DNA of 64,000 nucleotides, taken from Nitrospirota bacterium (lineage in GTDB: Bacteria; Nitrospirota; Thermodesulfovibrionia; Thermodesulfovibrionales; Dissulfurispiraceae). Below the pieces are notes generated by a model, which worked only from the letters and a program-made list of their open reading frames with translations, did not search any database and had not been told where the DNA came from. Made by a program: the position numbers and the translations under genes. The stretch covers positions 1-64,000 of the forward strand of contig JBFMCP010000003.1 in the NCBI GenBank assembly GCA_040754455.1, in the 5' to 3' direction. Positions 41,174 to 53,200 of this stretch are shown piece after piece (the first letter of the stretch is position 1; every line of letters starts with the position of its first letter).

Positions 41174-42412
41174 TCAGTAGATGGGATGCTTATCGCAGAG
41201 CTGCTTTACCCGTTTGTTCATATCGGTGATGACCGAAGGGGCGTCGATGTTCTTGATGACCGTTGCAATAATGTCCGCTATTTCATCCATCTCCGCTTCA
41301 CCCATGCCCCGTGTCGTCACACACGGAGTCCCGAGCCGTATGCCGCTTGTGATAGTCGGCGGCTTGGTATCATGGGGAATCGCATTCTTGTTCGCCGTAA
41401 TACCTGCCCTGTCCAGGGCTTCTTCCGCATCCTTCCCTGTCACATTCATGTTGGTCAGATCGACCAGCATCAGGTGGTTATCGGTGCCGCCGGAGATGAT
41501 GGTGAAGCCGCGCTCGATCAGGCCCTCAGCAAGCCTCTTTGCATTGCTCACAATCCTTTTCTGATACTCCTTGAACTCCGGGCTCAATGCCTCTTTGAAC
41601 GCCACCGCCTTCGCTGCAATGACGTGGACAAGAGGGCCTCCCTGAATGCCGGGGAAGATCGCCTTATCGACCGCCTTTGCAAAGTCCGCTTTGCACATGA
41701 TCATGCCGCCCCTCGGTCCCCTCAGGGTCTTATGCGTCGTTGTTGTAACAAAATCGGCGTATGCAACCGGCGAGGGATGCTGGCCTGCGGCAATTAATCC
41801 TGCGATATGCGCGATATCCGCGAGCAAATAGGCTCCCACCTCTTTGGCGATATCGGAAAATGCCTTGAAATCGATCGTGCGTGAATAGGCGCTTGCACCG
41901 ACAACGATCATTTTCGGCCGGTACTGACGCGCCGCAGCTTTTACTTCGTCCATATCCAGATAGCCGGTCGCTCTATTGACCCCATACGATACACAATTAT
42001 AGAGCATGCCGGTGAAATTGACCGATGCGCCGTGCGAGAGGTGGCCGCCGTGGGCCAGGCTCATCCCGAGAATAGTGTCGCCCGGTTTCAGGCAGGAGAA
42101 ATAGGCCGCCATGTTCGCCTGGCTGCCGGAATGAGGCTGAACGTTGACATGGTCCGCGCCGAAGAGCTCCTTTGCCCTCTCGATAGCACGCTGTTCGACG
42201 ACGTCGGCATACTCGCAGCCGCCGTAGTAGCGCCTGCCGGGATATCCCTCAGCGTACTTGTTCGTCAGCACCGACCCCTGGGCCTCAAGGACTGCGTTGC
42301 TCACGTAGTTCTCCGAAGCGATGAGGAGTATCTTGTTCTGCTCCCGCACTTTTTCATTCTGGATCGCCTCGTAGACTTCAGGGTCAGCCGACTTGAGATG
42401 CTCGAAATTCAT
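41174..42412 (-). CDS. glyA: Serine hydroxymethyltransferase
   Basis: [35 protein letters not shown]. Confidence 0.98.
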   Translation of the reverse strand: MNFEHLKSADPEVYEAIQNEKVREQNKILLIASENYVSNAVLEAQGSVLTNKYAEGYPGRRYYGGCEYADVVEQRAIERAKELFGADHVNVQPHSGSQANMAAYFSCLKPGDTILGMSLAHGGHLSHGASVNFTGMLYNCVSYGVNRATGYLDMDEVKAAARQYRPKMIVVGASAYSRTIDFKAFSDIAKEVGAYLLADIAHIAGLIAAGQHPSPVAYADFVTTTTHKTLRGPRGGMIMCKADFAKAVDKAIFPGIQGGPLVHVIAAKAVAFKEALSPEFKEYQKRIVSNAKRLAEGLIERGFTIISGGTDNHLMLVDLTNMNVTGKDAEEALDRAGITANKNAIPHDTKPPTITSGIRLGTPCVTTRGMGEAEMDEIADIIATVIKNIDAPSVITDMNKRVKQLCDKHPIY

Positions 42413-42450
42413 TACCGTGTACCTGCTGCGGTTCCCGAGACCAGTGCCGG

Positions 42451-42921
42451 TCAGTCTTTCCGGGAACCTCCTTTCATAAGCATTTTATCTTCGATAAGAT
42501 GGATTTTTTTCAGCCTGTTGTCATGCCGCCCGCCCTCGAACGGCGTGGTCAGCCAGGTCCTCACGATCTCTTTGGCGAGGTCCTTGCCGATGATCCTGCC
42601 ACCGAGGACAAGTATGTTGGCGTCATTATGGAGTCTGCTCATCTTTGCTGAGAAGAGCTCATTGCAGAGTGCTGCACGCACATTGGCGAACTTGTTGGCA
42701 ACAATGGACATGCCGATTCCCGTGCCGCAGATCAGAATTCCCCGCTCCACAGTACCGGAAGAGACCGCCTCGGAAACTTTTTCGCCGAAATCCGGATAAT
42801 CAACTGATTGCGGCGTATCGGTGCCGTAATCGGTGCACTCATGACCAAGCCCTTTCAGAACCGAGATGATCTCCAGCTTCAGTTCGAGTCCGGCATGGTC
42901 CGAACCTATAGCAATACGCAT
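42451..42921 (-). CDS. rpiB: Ribose-5-phosphate isomerase B
   Basis: [26 protein letters not shown]. Confidence 0.96.
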   Translation of the reverse strand: MRIAIGSDHAGLELKLEIISVLKGLGHECTDYGTDTPQSVDYPDFGEKVSEAVSSGTVERGILICGTGIGMSIVANKFANVRAALCNELFSAKMSRLHNDANILVLGGRIIGKDLAKEIVRTWLTTPFEGGRHDNRLKKIHLIEDKMLMKGGSRKD

Positions 42922-43065
42922 GTATCCTCCTCTTGAAAAGAGCCTGCAGCCGGCGCCGGAAGGGCACGCAAAGGGGCTTGCTCCTGTGTCTAACTATTAT
43001 ACGTGATACAACTCTGGAGAGAAATATCTTATCTAAGGGGGGAAAGGTAAGTCAAGAAAGGCACG

Positions 43066-43371
43066 TCAGCCCTTGAGATAGCGGAACAGCGCACGCACAT
43101 CCTCTTCCGATAGATGACTGTAGCTTGGCATCTCGGTTCGAGGGTTATGTTCCTCAGGATTTCGTATCTGATTCCTTATCCACGGATAGTCTCTCCGGCG
43201 GGTGACATTGGTAAGATCAGGCCCGGTGCCGCCGCCCTTCCCTTTGAAAAGATGGCAGTGAATGCATCCTTCCTCGACAAAGAGTTTTTCTCCGCGAGAA
43301 GACGAACAGGCAGTGAGCGCCATTACGATTATTGCGATGGCCGCAATCGGCAAATGGGTGCATCGGTGCAT
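43066..43371 (-). CDS. Monoheme c-type cytochrome lipoprotein
   Basis: Lipobox LTA-C, CIHCH, GPDLT, distal MP; start uncertain. Confidence 0.8.
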   Translation of the reverse strand: MHRCTHLPIAAIAIIVMALTACSSSRGEKLFVEEGCIHCHLFKGKGGGTGPDLTNVTRRRDYPWIRNQIRNPEEHNPRTEMPSYSHLSEEDVRALFRYLKG

Positions 43372-43433
43372 CGGTGAGTTGGAGAAACATCCTCTGGGGA
43401 TTATGTTATACAATGTTTCTTAGTCCGACTCAC

Positions 43434-44342
43434 CTATTCACCAAGCAAAAATTCCAGCAGCGCCTTTTCAGTATGCATCCTGTTTTCGGCCTGATCAAAG
43501 ACTGCACTGCACGGCCCGTCGAGAACTTCATCCGTTATTTCCTGACCTCTGTAGGCAGGGAGGCAATGGAGCACAAGGGCATCTTTCTTAGCACACTGCA
43601 GCAGCTGTTGGTTGATCTGATATCCCTTGAACTTCGCCTTCTTCTTTTCCGCCTCTGCCTCCTGGCCCATGCTCACCCATACATCCGTGTAAATCACATC
43701 AGCCCTGCCCGCCGCCTCTTTCGGATCCCTGAGCACAACGATTTCACCTTCAGCATTCCGTTGTGCGTTCTCTATGATCTCGGGATCAGGCTCATAGCCT
43801 TCAGGACTCGCAACGATAACATCGATGCCGGTAAGGGCCGCGGCTTCTATCAGCGAGTTGGCCACGTTGTTCCCATCGCCTATATAGGCAAGCCGTATGC
43901 CTTTGAGCGCTCCCTTTCTCTCCAGAATAGTCATGAGGTCGGCAAGGGCCTGGCAGGGATGGTGCCGGTCGGAGAGCCCGTTTACCACAGGGACGGTGGC
44001 GTGCGCTGCAAACTCCTCTATGGAGGCATGGGTATTTGTCCTCAGTACGATGCCGTTCAAATAGCGCGAGAGCACCCGGGCGGTATCGGCAATCGACTCT
44101 CCTCTGCCGAGCTGTAGCTCCTTCGGGTTGAGATAGATCGATTGCGCGCCGAGCTGGTAAATAGCGACCTCGAAGGAGACGCGCGTTCTCGTCGAGGGTT
44201 TTTCGAAAAAGAGCCCGATGCTCTTACCGATCAGCGGACATTTATTCCTATCGATCCCTGCTTTGAATGCAAGCGAACGCTTGAGCAGGACATCGATTTC
44301 ATCCTTCGCGAGATCACTGACGGTGAGGAAGTCGCGCTTCAT
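43434..44342 (-). CDS. argF: Ornithine carbamoyltransferase
   Basis: STRTRVSFE, HPCQALAD, DVWVSMG, HCLPA. Confidence 0.97.
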   Translation of the reverse strand: MKRDFLTVSDLAKDEIDVLLKRSLAFKAGIDRNKCPLIGKSIGLFFEKPSTRTRVSFEVAIYQLGAQSIYLNPKELQLGRGESIADTARVLSRYLNGIVLRTNTHASIEEFAAHATVPVVNGLSDRHHPCQALADLMTILERKGALKGIRLAYIGDGNNVANSLIEAAALTGIDVIVASPEGYEPDPEIIENAQRNAEGEIVVLRDPKEAAGRADVIYTDVWVSMGQEAEAEKKKAKFKGYQINQQLLQCAKKDALVLHCLPAYRGQEITDEVLDGPCSAVFDQAENRMHTEKALLEFLLGE

Positions 44343-45550
44343 AGTGCTATCCCCAGCACCTCATCGAGAACGCCCACCACGTAATCGATGTCCTTCTCAT
44401 CAACGGTGAGCGGCGGCAGAAACCTGAGGACATTGCCGCCTCCGGTGCAGTTGATCAGCACTCCCCGGTCGATACATGCTTTGACGATAGGCATCCCATC
44501 CCTCGTAAGCTCCATGGCAACCAGCAGGCCCTTTCCTCTGACGTCAGTGATCTGTTGGTGATACTCTTTCAACTGCTGCAGCCGCTCAACAAAATAGTTT
44601 CCCATACGGTTGCAGTGGTCGAGAATAAAACCGTCGTCCAGTATCGTCTCGATCGTTGCCACGGCTGCAGCACAGACAAGGGGATTGCCGCCGAAGGTTG
44701 AGGCGTGATTGCCCGGTTTGAACGCTGAAGCCACTCTCTCTGTTGCCAGCATGGCGCCTATTGGCGCTCCGCCGCCGAGCCCCTTTGCCAGCGTCATGAT
44801 ATCGGGAGATATTCCGTAATGCTCGTACGCAAAGAGCTTTCCTGTCCTGCCGATGCCGGTCTGCACTTCATCGAGAATCAGGAGCAGGTCATACCGATCG
44901 CACAGCTCCCTTACCCTTTTCAGGTAATCCTCTGAAGGGAGCTTCACTCCTCCCTCTCCCTGAATCGGTTCGAGCATGATCGCACAGGTCTTCGGCGTTA
45001 TTGCCGCCTCAAGGGCAGTGCTATCATCAAACGGAACATACTTGAATCCGGGGACCAGCGGCTCAAAGCCCCGGTGGAATTTCTCCTGACCTGTTGCCGT
45101 TATTGTCGCGAGAGTCCGTCCGTGAAAAGAATTCAAGGTAGTAATGATTTCATAACGATAGTGTTCGCCGTGCTGACCGTGATGCTCCTTTGCGTACTTC
45201 CGCGCGAGCTTTATGGCAGCCTCGTTCGCTTCAGCACCTGAGTTGCAGAAGAACACTTTATCGGCAAACGAGTGAGTGACAAGAAGCTTTGCGAGCTTTA
45301 CCTGGGGCTCTATATGAAAAAAGTTCGAAACATGAAGCAGCCGCTGCGCCTGTTTCTGCAGCGCGATCACCACCTTGGGATGGCAATGGCCGAGCACATT
45401 GACCGCGATGCCGCCGACAAAATCGATGTATTCCTTGCCATCGGCGCCCCACACCCGTGTCCCCCGGCCCTTTCTGAGCACGACGGGGAACCGGTTATAG
45501 GTATGCATTATGTAGCGCTCTGAATCTTCTATGATTTTTTTCTGCTCCAT
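44339..45550 (-). CDS. argD: Acetylornithine aminotransferase
   Basis: NSGAEANEAAIK, EPIQGEGG, DEVQTG, AKGLGGG. Confidence 0.95.
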   Translation of the reverse strand: MEQKKIIEDSERYIMHTYNRFPVVLRKGRGTRVWGADGKEYIDFVGGIAVNVLGHCHPKVVIALQKQAQRLLHVSNFFHIEPQVKLAKLLVTHSFADKVFFCNSGAEANEAAIKLARKYAKEHHGQHGEHYRYEIITTLNSFHGRTLATITATGQEKFHRGFEPLVPGFKYVPFDDSTALEAAITPKTCAIMLEPIQGEGGVKLPSEDYLKRVRELCDRYDLLLILDEVQTGIGRTGKLFAYEHYGISPDIMTLAKGLGGGAPIGAMLATERVASAFKPGNHASTFGGNPLVCAAAVATIETILDDGFILDHCNRMGNYFVERLQQLKEYHQQITDVRGKGLLVAMELTRDGMPIVKACIDRGVLINCTGGGNVLRFLPPLTVDEKDIDYVVGVLDEVLGIAL

Positions 45551-45629
45551 GGAACATGATAACACACCGCAAAAATACAGGGCAACTTAATAACCCTCGG
45601 AAAATTCATTTGTGTTATAATTTTAAATT

Positions 45630-46409
45630 ATGAAAATAGCTGTTACCGGGAAGGGCGGCGTCGGCAAGACCACACTCTCTGCAGTATTGAGCCACCTCTT
45701 TGCAGCAGAGGGCAAAAAGGTGATTGCTGTTGACGCAGACCCTGACGCGAACCTTGCTCAAGCGCTTGGTATCGCATTGTCCGATATCGAACATATACGG
45801 CCCATTGCCGAGATGGACGAGCTCATCGAGGAGCGGACCGGCGCAACGCCCGGCGCGCCGGGCGGCATGTTCAAGCTCAATCCGAGAGTCGACGACATAC
45901 CGCAAGAGGTCGGATTCAGAATCGGCGGCATTACGCTCCTGATCATGGGCAAATCAAAAGCCGCAGCCTCCGGCTGCTACTGCCCCGAGCATGTCTTCCT
46001 GCGGCGACTGCTCAAACATCTGATCGCCGAGCGGGATGAGGTGATTGTTGTCGACATGGAGGCCGGGATTGAGCACCTCACGAGAGGCACTGCAGAGGCA
46101 GTCGATGCTTTCATTGTGGTCGTGGAGCCAGGACAACGGAGCGTCCAGACCGCCAACACTGTACGTGAAATGGCAAAAGGGCTCGGCGTCAAGAAAGTCT
46201 TTGTGGTCGCCAATAAGGTGAGAGATGATAATGACGTTGCCTTTCTGAAAGAGCATATCAAAGACCTGGAAATCCTGGGTGCCATGAAATTCAACCAGGC
46301 CGTCATGGATGCCGATGTACAGGGCATCTCCCCTTTTGAAACCCCCGCTATTGTCGAAGACGTCAAAGCGATAAAACAGAAGCTTGAGAGCGCCTTAGGA
46401 ACTGATTAG
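45630..46409 (+). CDS. cooC: CooC/AcsF nickel-insertion ATPase
   Basis: GKGGVGKTT, DADPDANL, GCYCPE, DMEAGIEHL. Confidence 0.92.
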   Translation: MKIAVTGKGGVGKTTLSAVLSHLFAAEGKKVIAVDADPDANLAQALGIALSDIEHIRPIAEMDELIEERTGATPGAPGGMFKLNPRVDDIPQEVGFRIGGITLLIMGKSKAAASGCYCPEHVFLRRLLKHLIAERDEVIVVDMEAGIEHLTRGTAEAVDAFIVVVEPGQRSVQTANTVREMAKGLGVKKVFVVANKVRDDNDVAFLKEHIKDLEILGAMKFNQAVMDADVQGISPFETPAIVEDVKAIKQKLESALGTD

Positions 46410-46417
46410 GGATTACT

Positions 46418-47011
46418 GTGGCACCGCTTGTCAGTGATAAGGCCCGGCTGAGAAGAGAAGTGCTCTCCCGCCGTGACGTCATTACTACTGACATTAAACG
46501 CATCAAGGATGCAGCGATCAAAAAGCAGCTCTTTGCTCTCCTTGAATTTAACAACGCCCGCTCTGTCCTTTTCTATGCCTCTTTCAAAAGCGAAGTAGAC
46601 ACCCTCGCGCTGCTGCCGGAGAGTCTTGCACACGGGAAGCGCGTTGCGCTCCCGAAAGTGGATCGGGCAAGCGGCACCCTTATACTTTTTGAAATAAAAA
46701 CAATGGAAGAGCTTGTCCCCGGTTATCTAGGGATACCTGAACCGAACCTGCCCGAAGCGAGAATCATTGACATAACCGATATCGATCTGGTAATCGTACC
46801 CGGTGTTGCCTTTGACGGGCAGGGCAACAGACTGGGATACGGCAAAGGTTTTTATGATAAACTACTATCTCATACTCAGGTTCGTACTGTCGCCTTGGCC
46901 TATGAAGAGCAGGTACTGAATCGCATCCCTGCAGAAGCCCACGACAGAACGATGGACATCATCATTACTGATAAAAGGATTTTATATATCAATGGACGCG
47001 AAAAAGATTAA
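46418..47011 (+). CDS. 5-formyltetrahydrofolate cyclo-ligase
   Basis: [24 protein letters not shown]...D.IIT. Confidence 0.93.
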   Translation: MAPLVSDKARLRREVLSRRDVITTDIKRIKDAAIKKQLFALLEFNNARSVLFYASFKSEVDTLALLPESLAHGKRVALPKVDRASGTLILFEIKTMEELVPGYLGIPEPNLPEARIIDITDIDLVIVPGVAFDGQGNRLGYGKGFYDKLLSHTQVRTVALAYEEQVLNRIPAEAHDRTMDIIITDKRILYINGREKD

Positions 47012-47549
47012 AGAAGGCGTCAGACTCATTCTCGAAGGCATCGGCGAGGATGCCGACAGGCCCGGCATCAAGGATACGCCGGAGCGGGTAGCAAAGATGT
47101 TTGCCGAGATATTCTCAGGGCTCAAAGATCCCGAGGAAGACCTGCTCAAACCAATCGCCGGCGAGAGCCATGACGAGATGGTACTGCTGAAGGACATCCC
47201 CTTCTATTCGGTCTGCGAGCACCACCTGCTGCCGTTCATCGGCAGGGCGCATATCGCCTATATTCCATCAGGAAATATCGTCGGCCTCAGCGAATTGGCC
47301 AAAGCACTTGAGCACCTCGCCAAGAGGCCCCAGGTCCAGGAGCGGCTGACAGCACAGCTTGCCGACATGATTATGGATAAAATAAAGCCAAAGGGATGTA
47401 TGGTGGTCATCGATGCAGATCACCTCTGTATGAGCATGAGAGGCATAAAGAAGCCGGGATCGAGAACAACGACATCGGCAGTGCGGGGTATTTTCAGATC
47501 AAAGCAGAGCACCAGGGAGGAAATGCTGTCGCTGATAAAAGGTGCTTAA
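46992..47549 (+). CDS. folE: GTP cyclohydrolase I
   Basis: [34 protein letters not shown]. Confidence 0.96.
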   Translation: MDAKKIKEGVRLILEGIGEDADRPGIKDTPERVAKMFAEIFSGLKDPEEDLLKPIAGESHDEMVLLKDIPFYSVCEHHLLPFIGRAHIAYIPSGNIVGLSELAKALEHLAKRPQVQERLTAQLADMIMDKIKPKGCMVVIDADHLCMSMRGIKKPGSRTTTSAVRGIFRSKQSTREEMLSLIKGA

Positions 47550-47598
47550 CGTAAGATTCATCTATGTCTTCAAATAAAAAACGTACAAGGAGGTCAGG

Positions 47599-48507
47599 AT
47601 GGCAGCAAAAATTATTAACGGCACGGAAGTGGCCGCCCAGATCAGGGAGGAGCTCAAGAAGGAAGTCGCCGCTCTGAAAGAAAAGACAGGGGTCGTTCCC
47701 GGACTGGTCACGATCCTCGTGGGCAAAAACCCCGCATCGGTCAGCTATGTCACTGCAAAACAAAAAACAGCACACGAGCTTGGTTTCTATTCCATCCAGG
47801 ACGACCAGCCTGAAACCATTTCAGAAGAAGACCTGCTCAAGCTCATCGATAAGTACAACAAAGACCCGAAGATTCACGGTATCCTTGTTCAGCTTCCGCT
47901 TCCCAAGCACATTAACGAGAAAAAGGTCCTTAATGCAATTGACCCCGACAAGGATGTCGATTCGTTCCATCCGGTCAATGTCGGCCGTCTGATGATCGGC
48001 GGTGAGGAAGCAAGATTCCTGCCCTGCACACCAGCCGGTATACAGGAATTGATTGTACGCTCCGGCTATGAGACCTCCGGCGCCGAGGTCGTTGTCGTCG
48101 GTCGGTCGAACATCGTCGGCAAACCCATTGCCAACATCATGCTCCAGAAGGGCAAAGGAGCAAACTCCACGGTTACTGTCGTGCATACGGGGACGAAGAA
48201 TCTCGAGGCCCACTGCAAGCGCGCTGATATCCTTATCGTTGCCGCCGGCGTACCCGGTCTGGTGAAGCCCGAATGGATTAAGCCCGGGGCCTGTGTCATC
48301 GATGTCGGCGTCAACCGCGTCGGCGAAAAGAAGAGCGAGAAGACCGGCAAAATGGTGCCGATCCTCAAAGGCGATGTTGATTTTGATAAGGCCAAAGAGA
48401 TAGCGGGCGCCATAACCCCTGTGCCCGGCGGTGTCGGTCCCATGACCATCACCATGCTCATGAAGAACACCGTCACCTCGGCAAAAATGCACGCAGGCGT
48501 CAAGTAA
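47599..48507 (+). CDS. folD: Methylene-THF dehydrogenase/cyclohydrolase
   Basis: GILVQLPLP, KDVD, PCTP, GRSNIVGKP, PVPGGVGPMT. Confidence 0.97.
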   Translation: MAAKIINGTEVAAQIREELKKEVAALKEKTGVVPGLVTILVGKNPASVSYVTAKQKTAHELGFYSIQDDQPETISEEDLLKLIDKYNKDPKIHGILVQLPLPKHINEKKVLNAIDPDKDVDSFHPVNVGRLMIGGEEARFLPCTPAGIQELIVRSGYETSGAEVVVVGRSNIVGKPIANIMLQKGKGANSTVTVVHTGTKNLEAHCKRADILIVAAGVPGLVKPEWIKPGACVIDVGVNRVGEKKSEKTGKMVPILKGDVDFDKAKEIAGAITPVPGGVGPMTITMLMKNTVTSAKMHAGVK

Positions 48508-48591
48508 CCGTCTGAAATAGCCAAGGATATCTACCCGGAGCGGACGTGCTTTCCAACGGCGCTCCGGGGCTCATTGCCGGCACAGTAGGAA

Positions 48592-48633
48592 GCCCCTTTT
48601 TTATTGTAAAAACAAAAAGGGGCATGGTAATAT
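48592..48633 (+). promoter_or_regulatory. Putative hdrC promoter within an inverted repeat
   Basis: GCCCCTTTTT...AAAAAGGGGC encloses TTGTAA; extended -10 TGGTAATAT. Confidence 0.35.
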
Positions 48634-48720
48634 AAATTTTGATTATACGTTTATTAAAGACCTCCTGGCAGTCCTGTAATATATAGGAATTCCAGCATGA
48701 AGTCTCTCAAGGAGTAGGCT

Positions 48721-49326
48721 ATGTCGACAACTGCGTTGAAGTACGAACCTGCACGAACCCAATCACTTCTGCAGGAGATCATGGAGCGCTCCGGCCAGAA
48801 CCTGCGTGCTTGCTATCAGTGCCGCCGTTGCGCAGCAGGTTGTCCGGTAGGGGATGAAACAAAGGGTGTTACTCCCGACCGGCTGATCCGGATGATCGTG
48901 CTCGGCGATGAGGAAGGGGTCCTCAACAATCTCCTCACCTGGAAATGCGTTTCCTGCTACACCTGCGGCACACGCTGCCCGAACAATATCCAGACCGCTC
49001 GCATCAATGAAACTCTGAAGCACATCGCCAAAGAAAAGCACAGTCAGCCGCTGCTCCCCAAGGTGGCCTCATTCCACGATGCCTTTATGAAATCGGCCTC
49101 GCACTTCGGCCGCTTCAACGAAGTGGAGTTCATGGGCCTGTATCAACTGCAAAATGCAAAGCAGGGCGGGCTGAAAGGGATTATTGAGGAAGTGAAGAGC
49201 GCCTCCCGATTGGGGATAGCAATGATGAACAAGAAGAGAATGCACTTCAGTCTGGCAAAGGTCAAGAAGCTCTCCGAGGTGAAGAGCCTGTATAAAAAGT
49301 CAAAGGAAAAGGGTGCGGGCCACTAA
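48721..49326 (+). CDS. hdrC: Heterodisulfide reductase subunit C-like
   Basis: CYQCRRCAAGCP and CVSCYTCGTRCP. Confidence 0.9.
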   Translation: MSTTALKYEPARTQSLLQEIMERSGQNLRACYQCRRCAAGCPVGDETKGVTPDRLIRMIVLGDEEGVLNNLLTWKCVSCYTCGTRCPNNIQTARINETLKHIAKEKHSQPLLPKVASFHDAFMKSASHFGRFNEVEFMGLYQLQNAKQGGLKGIIEEVKSASRLGIAMMNKKRMHFSLAKVKKLSEVKSLYKKSKEKGAGH

Positions 49327-49358
49327 TGGTTTGCAACTCCAATAAATAGGGGTTTTTT

Positions 49359-50237
49359 ATGGTAGAAATAGCGTACTATCCCGGTTGTACCTTACATGCT
49401 TCCTCGGAGCTCTACGATGTGCAGTGCAAGGCGGTGCTCGGGAAGCTGGGGATTGAGCTCAAAGAGCTCGAGGACTGGAACTGCTGCGGCGCCACCTCGG
49501 CAGCCAAGACGGATGAGTTCCTCTCCATCGCCCTCCCCGCCCGCAATTTGGGCATCGCCGATGCCAGCGGGTATTCGGAAATGGTCATTCCCTGCTCCTC
49601 CTGCTACAGCAGGACCCTTGTATCGCAGAAGAGATTGCTCGAAGATCCTGAGTTGAAAAATACTATAAATGCCGAGCTCAGCCTGAAAGTCCAGGGGAAG
49701 ACAAAAATCCGGAGCATTCTTGAGATCCTTATTCCCAAAGCAGCATCCGGTGAACTTACTGAGAAAGCAGCGAAAAAACTCGAAGGATTGCAGCCTGCCT
49801 GCTACTACGGCTGTCTTCTGACCCGTTTCCCTGTTGATCTGGACGTCCCCGACAATGTCGAGAACCCGCAGGGAATGGAGGTCATCTGCAAGGCGATCGG
49901 AGCAAAGCCGCTCGACTGGAGCTTCAAGACCGATTGCTGCGGCGCTGCCGCCTCGGTCAATGATACCGACACCTCACTCTTTCTGATGTCCAGAATTATG
50001 AAGGATGCTATCGCACGCGGCGCCAACTGTTTTGTCACTACCTGCCCGATGTGCCAGTTCAACCTGGATGCCTATCAGGACCAGGTGAGAGCAAAATACG
50101 GCATCTCGCAGCAGCTGCCTGTCTACTTCATTACCGAGCTGATCGGTGTTGCCATGGGCATCAGCCCCCAAGCACTCCAGATCGACAGGCACTTTGTTGA
50201 TGCAATGGGACTGTTAAAGGAGTTGAAACTGCTATGA
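49359..50237 (+). CDS. hdrB: Heterodisulfide reductase subunit B-like
   Basis: YYPGC, WNCCG, YYGC, DCCG, CPMCQFNLD (two CCG domains). Confidence 0.93.
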   Translation: MVEIAYYPGCTLHASSELYDVQCKAVLGKLGIELKELEDWNCCGATSAAKTDEFLSIALPARNLGIADASGYSEMVIPCSSCYSRTLVSQKRLLEDPELKNTINAELSLKVQGKTKIRSILEILIPKAASGELTEKAAKKLEGLQPACYYGCLLTRFPVDLDVPDNVENPQGMEVICKAIGAKPLDWSFKTDCCGAAASVNDTDTSLFLMSRIMKDAIARGANCFVTTCPMCQFNLDAYQDQVRAKYGISQQLPVYFITELIGVAMGISPQALQIDRHFVDAMGLLKELKLL

Positions 50238-53200
50238 GTACGAAACCTTCATCCAATAAACGCGGTTCTGTTTTGATTGTCGGCGGCGGTATCGGTTCGA
50301 TGCAGGCCGCCCTTGACCTCGCTGACAGCGGATTCAAGGTGCATCTGGTCCAGAAAGACCCTTCAATCGGCGGAACGATGGTTATGCTGGACAAGACCTT
50401 CCCTACCGGCGATTGCGCAATGTGTATGATCTCGCCCAAGATGGTCGAGGTAGGCAGGCATCTGAACATTGAAATCCACACCCTTGCCGAGGTGACCTCT
50501 GTCGAAGGAGAACCCGGCAACTACAAAGCAAAGATTAAGCTCGCTCCCCGCTATGTCGATCCCGACAAGTGTACGGGATGCGGTGACTGCGAGGCAAAAT
50601 GTCCCAAAAAGGTGACGAGCGAATTCGAGCAGGGTCTTGCAAAGCGCAAGGCCATCTACTCGCTTTTCGCCCAGGCAGTGCCGAATACAAGGGCGATCGA
50701 CGCAACCCAGTGTCTTTTCCTCACGAAAGGCACGTGCAAAAGCTGCCAGAAGGTCTGTAAGGCAGGCGCGATCAATTACGAGGATAAGGGTAAAGAGATC
50801 GAGGTCAATGTCGGCGCGGTCATCCTCGCACCCGGCCTAGACCGCTACAATGCAACGGTGAGAGGCGAGCTCGGTCTCGGGCGCTGGCCCAATGTAGTCT
50901 CATCCATCCAATTCGAGCGCATTCTCTCCGCTTCCGGTCCCTACAAGGGAGAAGTAAAACGTCCCTCTGACGAAAAGCATCCGCACAAGGTCGCCTGGAT
51001 ACAGTGTGTAGGCTCCAGAGATTCCCATAATGCCAATCCCTGGTGTTCCTCAGTCTGCTGCATGTACGCAACCAAGCAGGCCATTATCGCAAAAGAACAT
51101 GACAAGCGCATCGAGCCCACCATCTTCTACATGGAGATGAGGGCCTTTGGAAAAGATTTCGACAAGTATGTGGAGAGGGCAAAGAAAGAATACGGCGTAC
51201 GGTATCAGCGCGCCATGATCTCCGCGGTCCGGGAAGAGCCCGGGACCGGCAACCTGATCATGCGTTACGCTGCGGAAGACGGAACACTGATCGATGAGAC
51301 CTTCGATATGGTGGTCCTCTCCGTTGGTCTCGAGCCGCACAAGAATGCCGACGAGTTCGCCAAGACCTTCGGCATCGAGACCAATGCCTACAAGTTTGCA
51401 AAGACATCCCCGCTCCTTCCTGTGCGGACCAGCAAAGAGGGCATCTTTGTCACCGGCACCTACCAGGGACCGAAAGATATCCCTGAGACGGTAATGCAGG
51501 GAAGCGCGGTCGCCGGAGAAGCCATGGCCCTCCTCGGCGAGGTACGCGGCACCGAGACGATGAAAAAAGAGCTGCCGCCTGAAAGAGATGTCGCCAACGA
51601 AGAGCCGAGGATCGGCGTCTTCGTCTGTCATTGCGGCATCAATATCGCTTCCACCGTCGACATCGAGAAGGTGGTCGAAGAGGCGAAGCGACTTCCCGGC
51701 GTTGTGTATGCAACCAACACCATTTATGCCTGTGCGCAGGATAACCAGGAAGTCATCAAACAGACGATCAGAGACCAGAAACTGAACAGAGTCGTTGTCG
51801 CCTCGTGTACGCCGAGGACCCATGAGCCGCTCTTCCAGGAGACCATCCGTGATGCCGGACTGAACAAGTATCTCTTCGATCTGGCCGACATCCGTGAGCA
51901 ATGCTCCTGGTGCCACATGGGCAAGAAGGACGAAGCGACAAAGAAGGCGAAACAGATCGTCAAGATGTCGGTCGCCAAATCGCGGCTCCAGAAGCCGATC
52001 CAGACCGACACGGTCGGCGTCACCCCTGCCTGCATGATCATCGGCGGCGGTGTGGCAGGCATGACCTCTGCTCTTGCACTGGCCGATCAGGGCTTCGATG
52101 TCCACCTTGTCGAGAAAGAGAACGAGCTGGGCGGACTGGTCAGGAATCTTCACCGAACTCTTGAGGGAAGCGATGTCCAGGGATTCCTGAAGCAGAGGAT
52201 CGAGGCGGTAAAGAGCCACCCGCGCATCAAGGTGTATACCGGCGCTGAGGTGAAAAAGACCGAGGGCTTTGTCGGCAACTTCAAGACTTCGCTTACCGAT
52301 GGCTCCTCGTTCGATCACGGCACCATCATCCTGGCCACCGGCGGTGTCGAGTATGAGCCTACCGAATATCTCTATAAAGAAAGTGATAGAGTTATCACTC
52401 AGCGTGAGCTGGAGAAGAAGATCGCTGCCGGTGAGGCAGCAACGACCAGCGAATCCTTTGTCATGATCCAATGTGTGGGTTCCCGTGAAGAGCCGAACCA
52501 GTACTGCTCCCGCATCTGCTGCCAGGATGCGGTCAAGAACGCCATCGCCATCAAGGAAAAGAACCCGGATGCGCAGGTGGTCATTCTCTACAGGGATATT
52601 CGCACCTACGGACTGCGTGAAGATTATTATAAGAAGGCACGCGAACTAGGCGTGCTCTTTGTCCGCTATGACGTGGACAGGAAACCGGTGGTCGAAAAAG
52701 CAGGCGACCGGCTGCAGATCAAGACCTGGGACTACATGCTGAATAAAGAGCTGGTGCTCGATGCGGATTGGGCAGTACTTTCTACCGGCCTCAGACCGCA
52801 CCCGACGACCGATCAGGTCGGCGAGATGTACAAAGTCACCCGCAACCCCGACGGCTACTTCCTTGAGGCCCATGTGAAACTTCGCCCGGTGGACTTTCCG
52901 AGCGAGGGCATCTTCGTCGCCGGTCTCGCCCATGCGCCCAAGAACCTGGATGAGACGATCACCCAGGCGCTGGCTGCCGCAGGCCGCGCAGGCGTGGTCC
53001 TGTCCCATGAGCGGCTGGCGGTTTCGGGAATCATCGCAAAACACCGGAGAGAGCTCTGCATGTCCTGTCTCAGCTGCTTCAGGGTATGTCCCTTCGACTC
53101 GCCCTATATTGCTGAGGACGGCAAGGTATCTCATAACGAAGTCAAGTGCATGGGATGCGGCATCTGTGCAGGCATCTGCCCTGCAAAGGCGTTCCAGGTG

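Noticed and set aside
50405..50430. Selenocysteine in the HdrA N-terminal DCAMC motif
   Set aside because: Both codons are Cys (TGC/TGT) and the ORF is uninterrupted.
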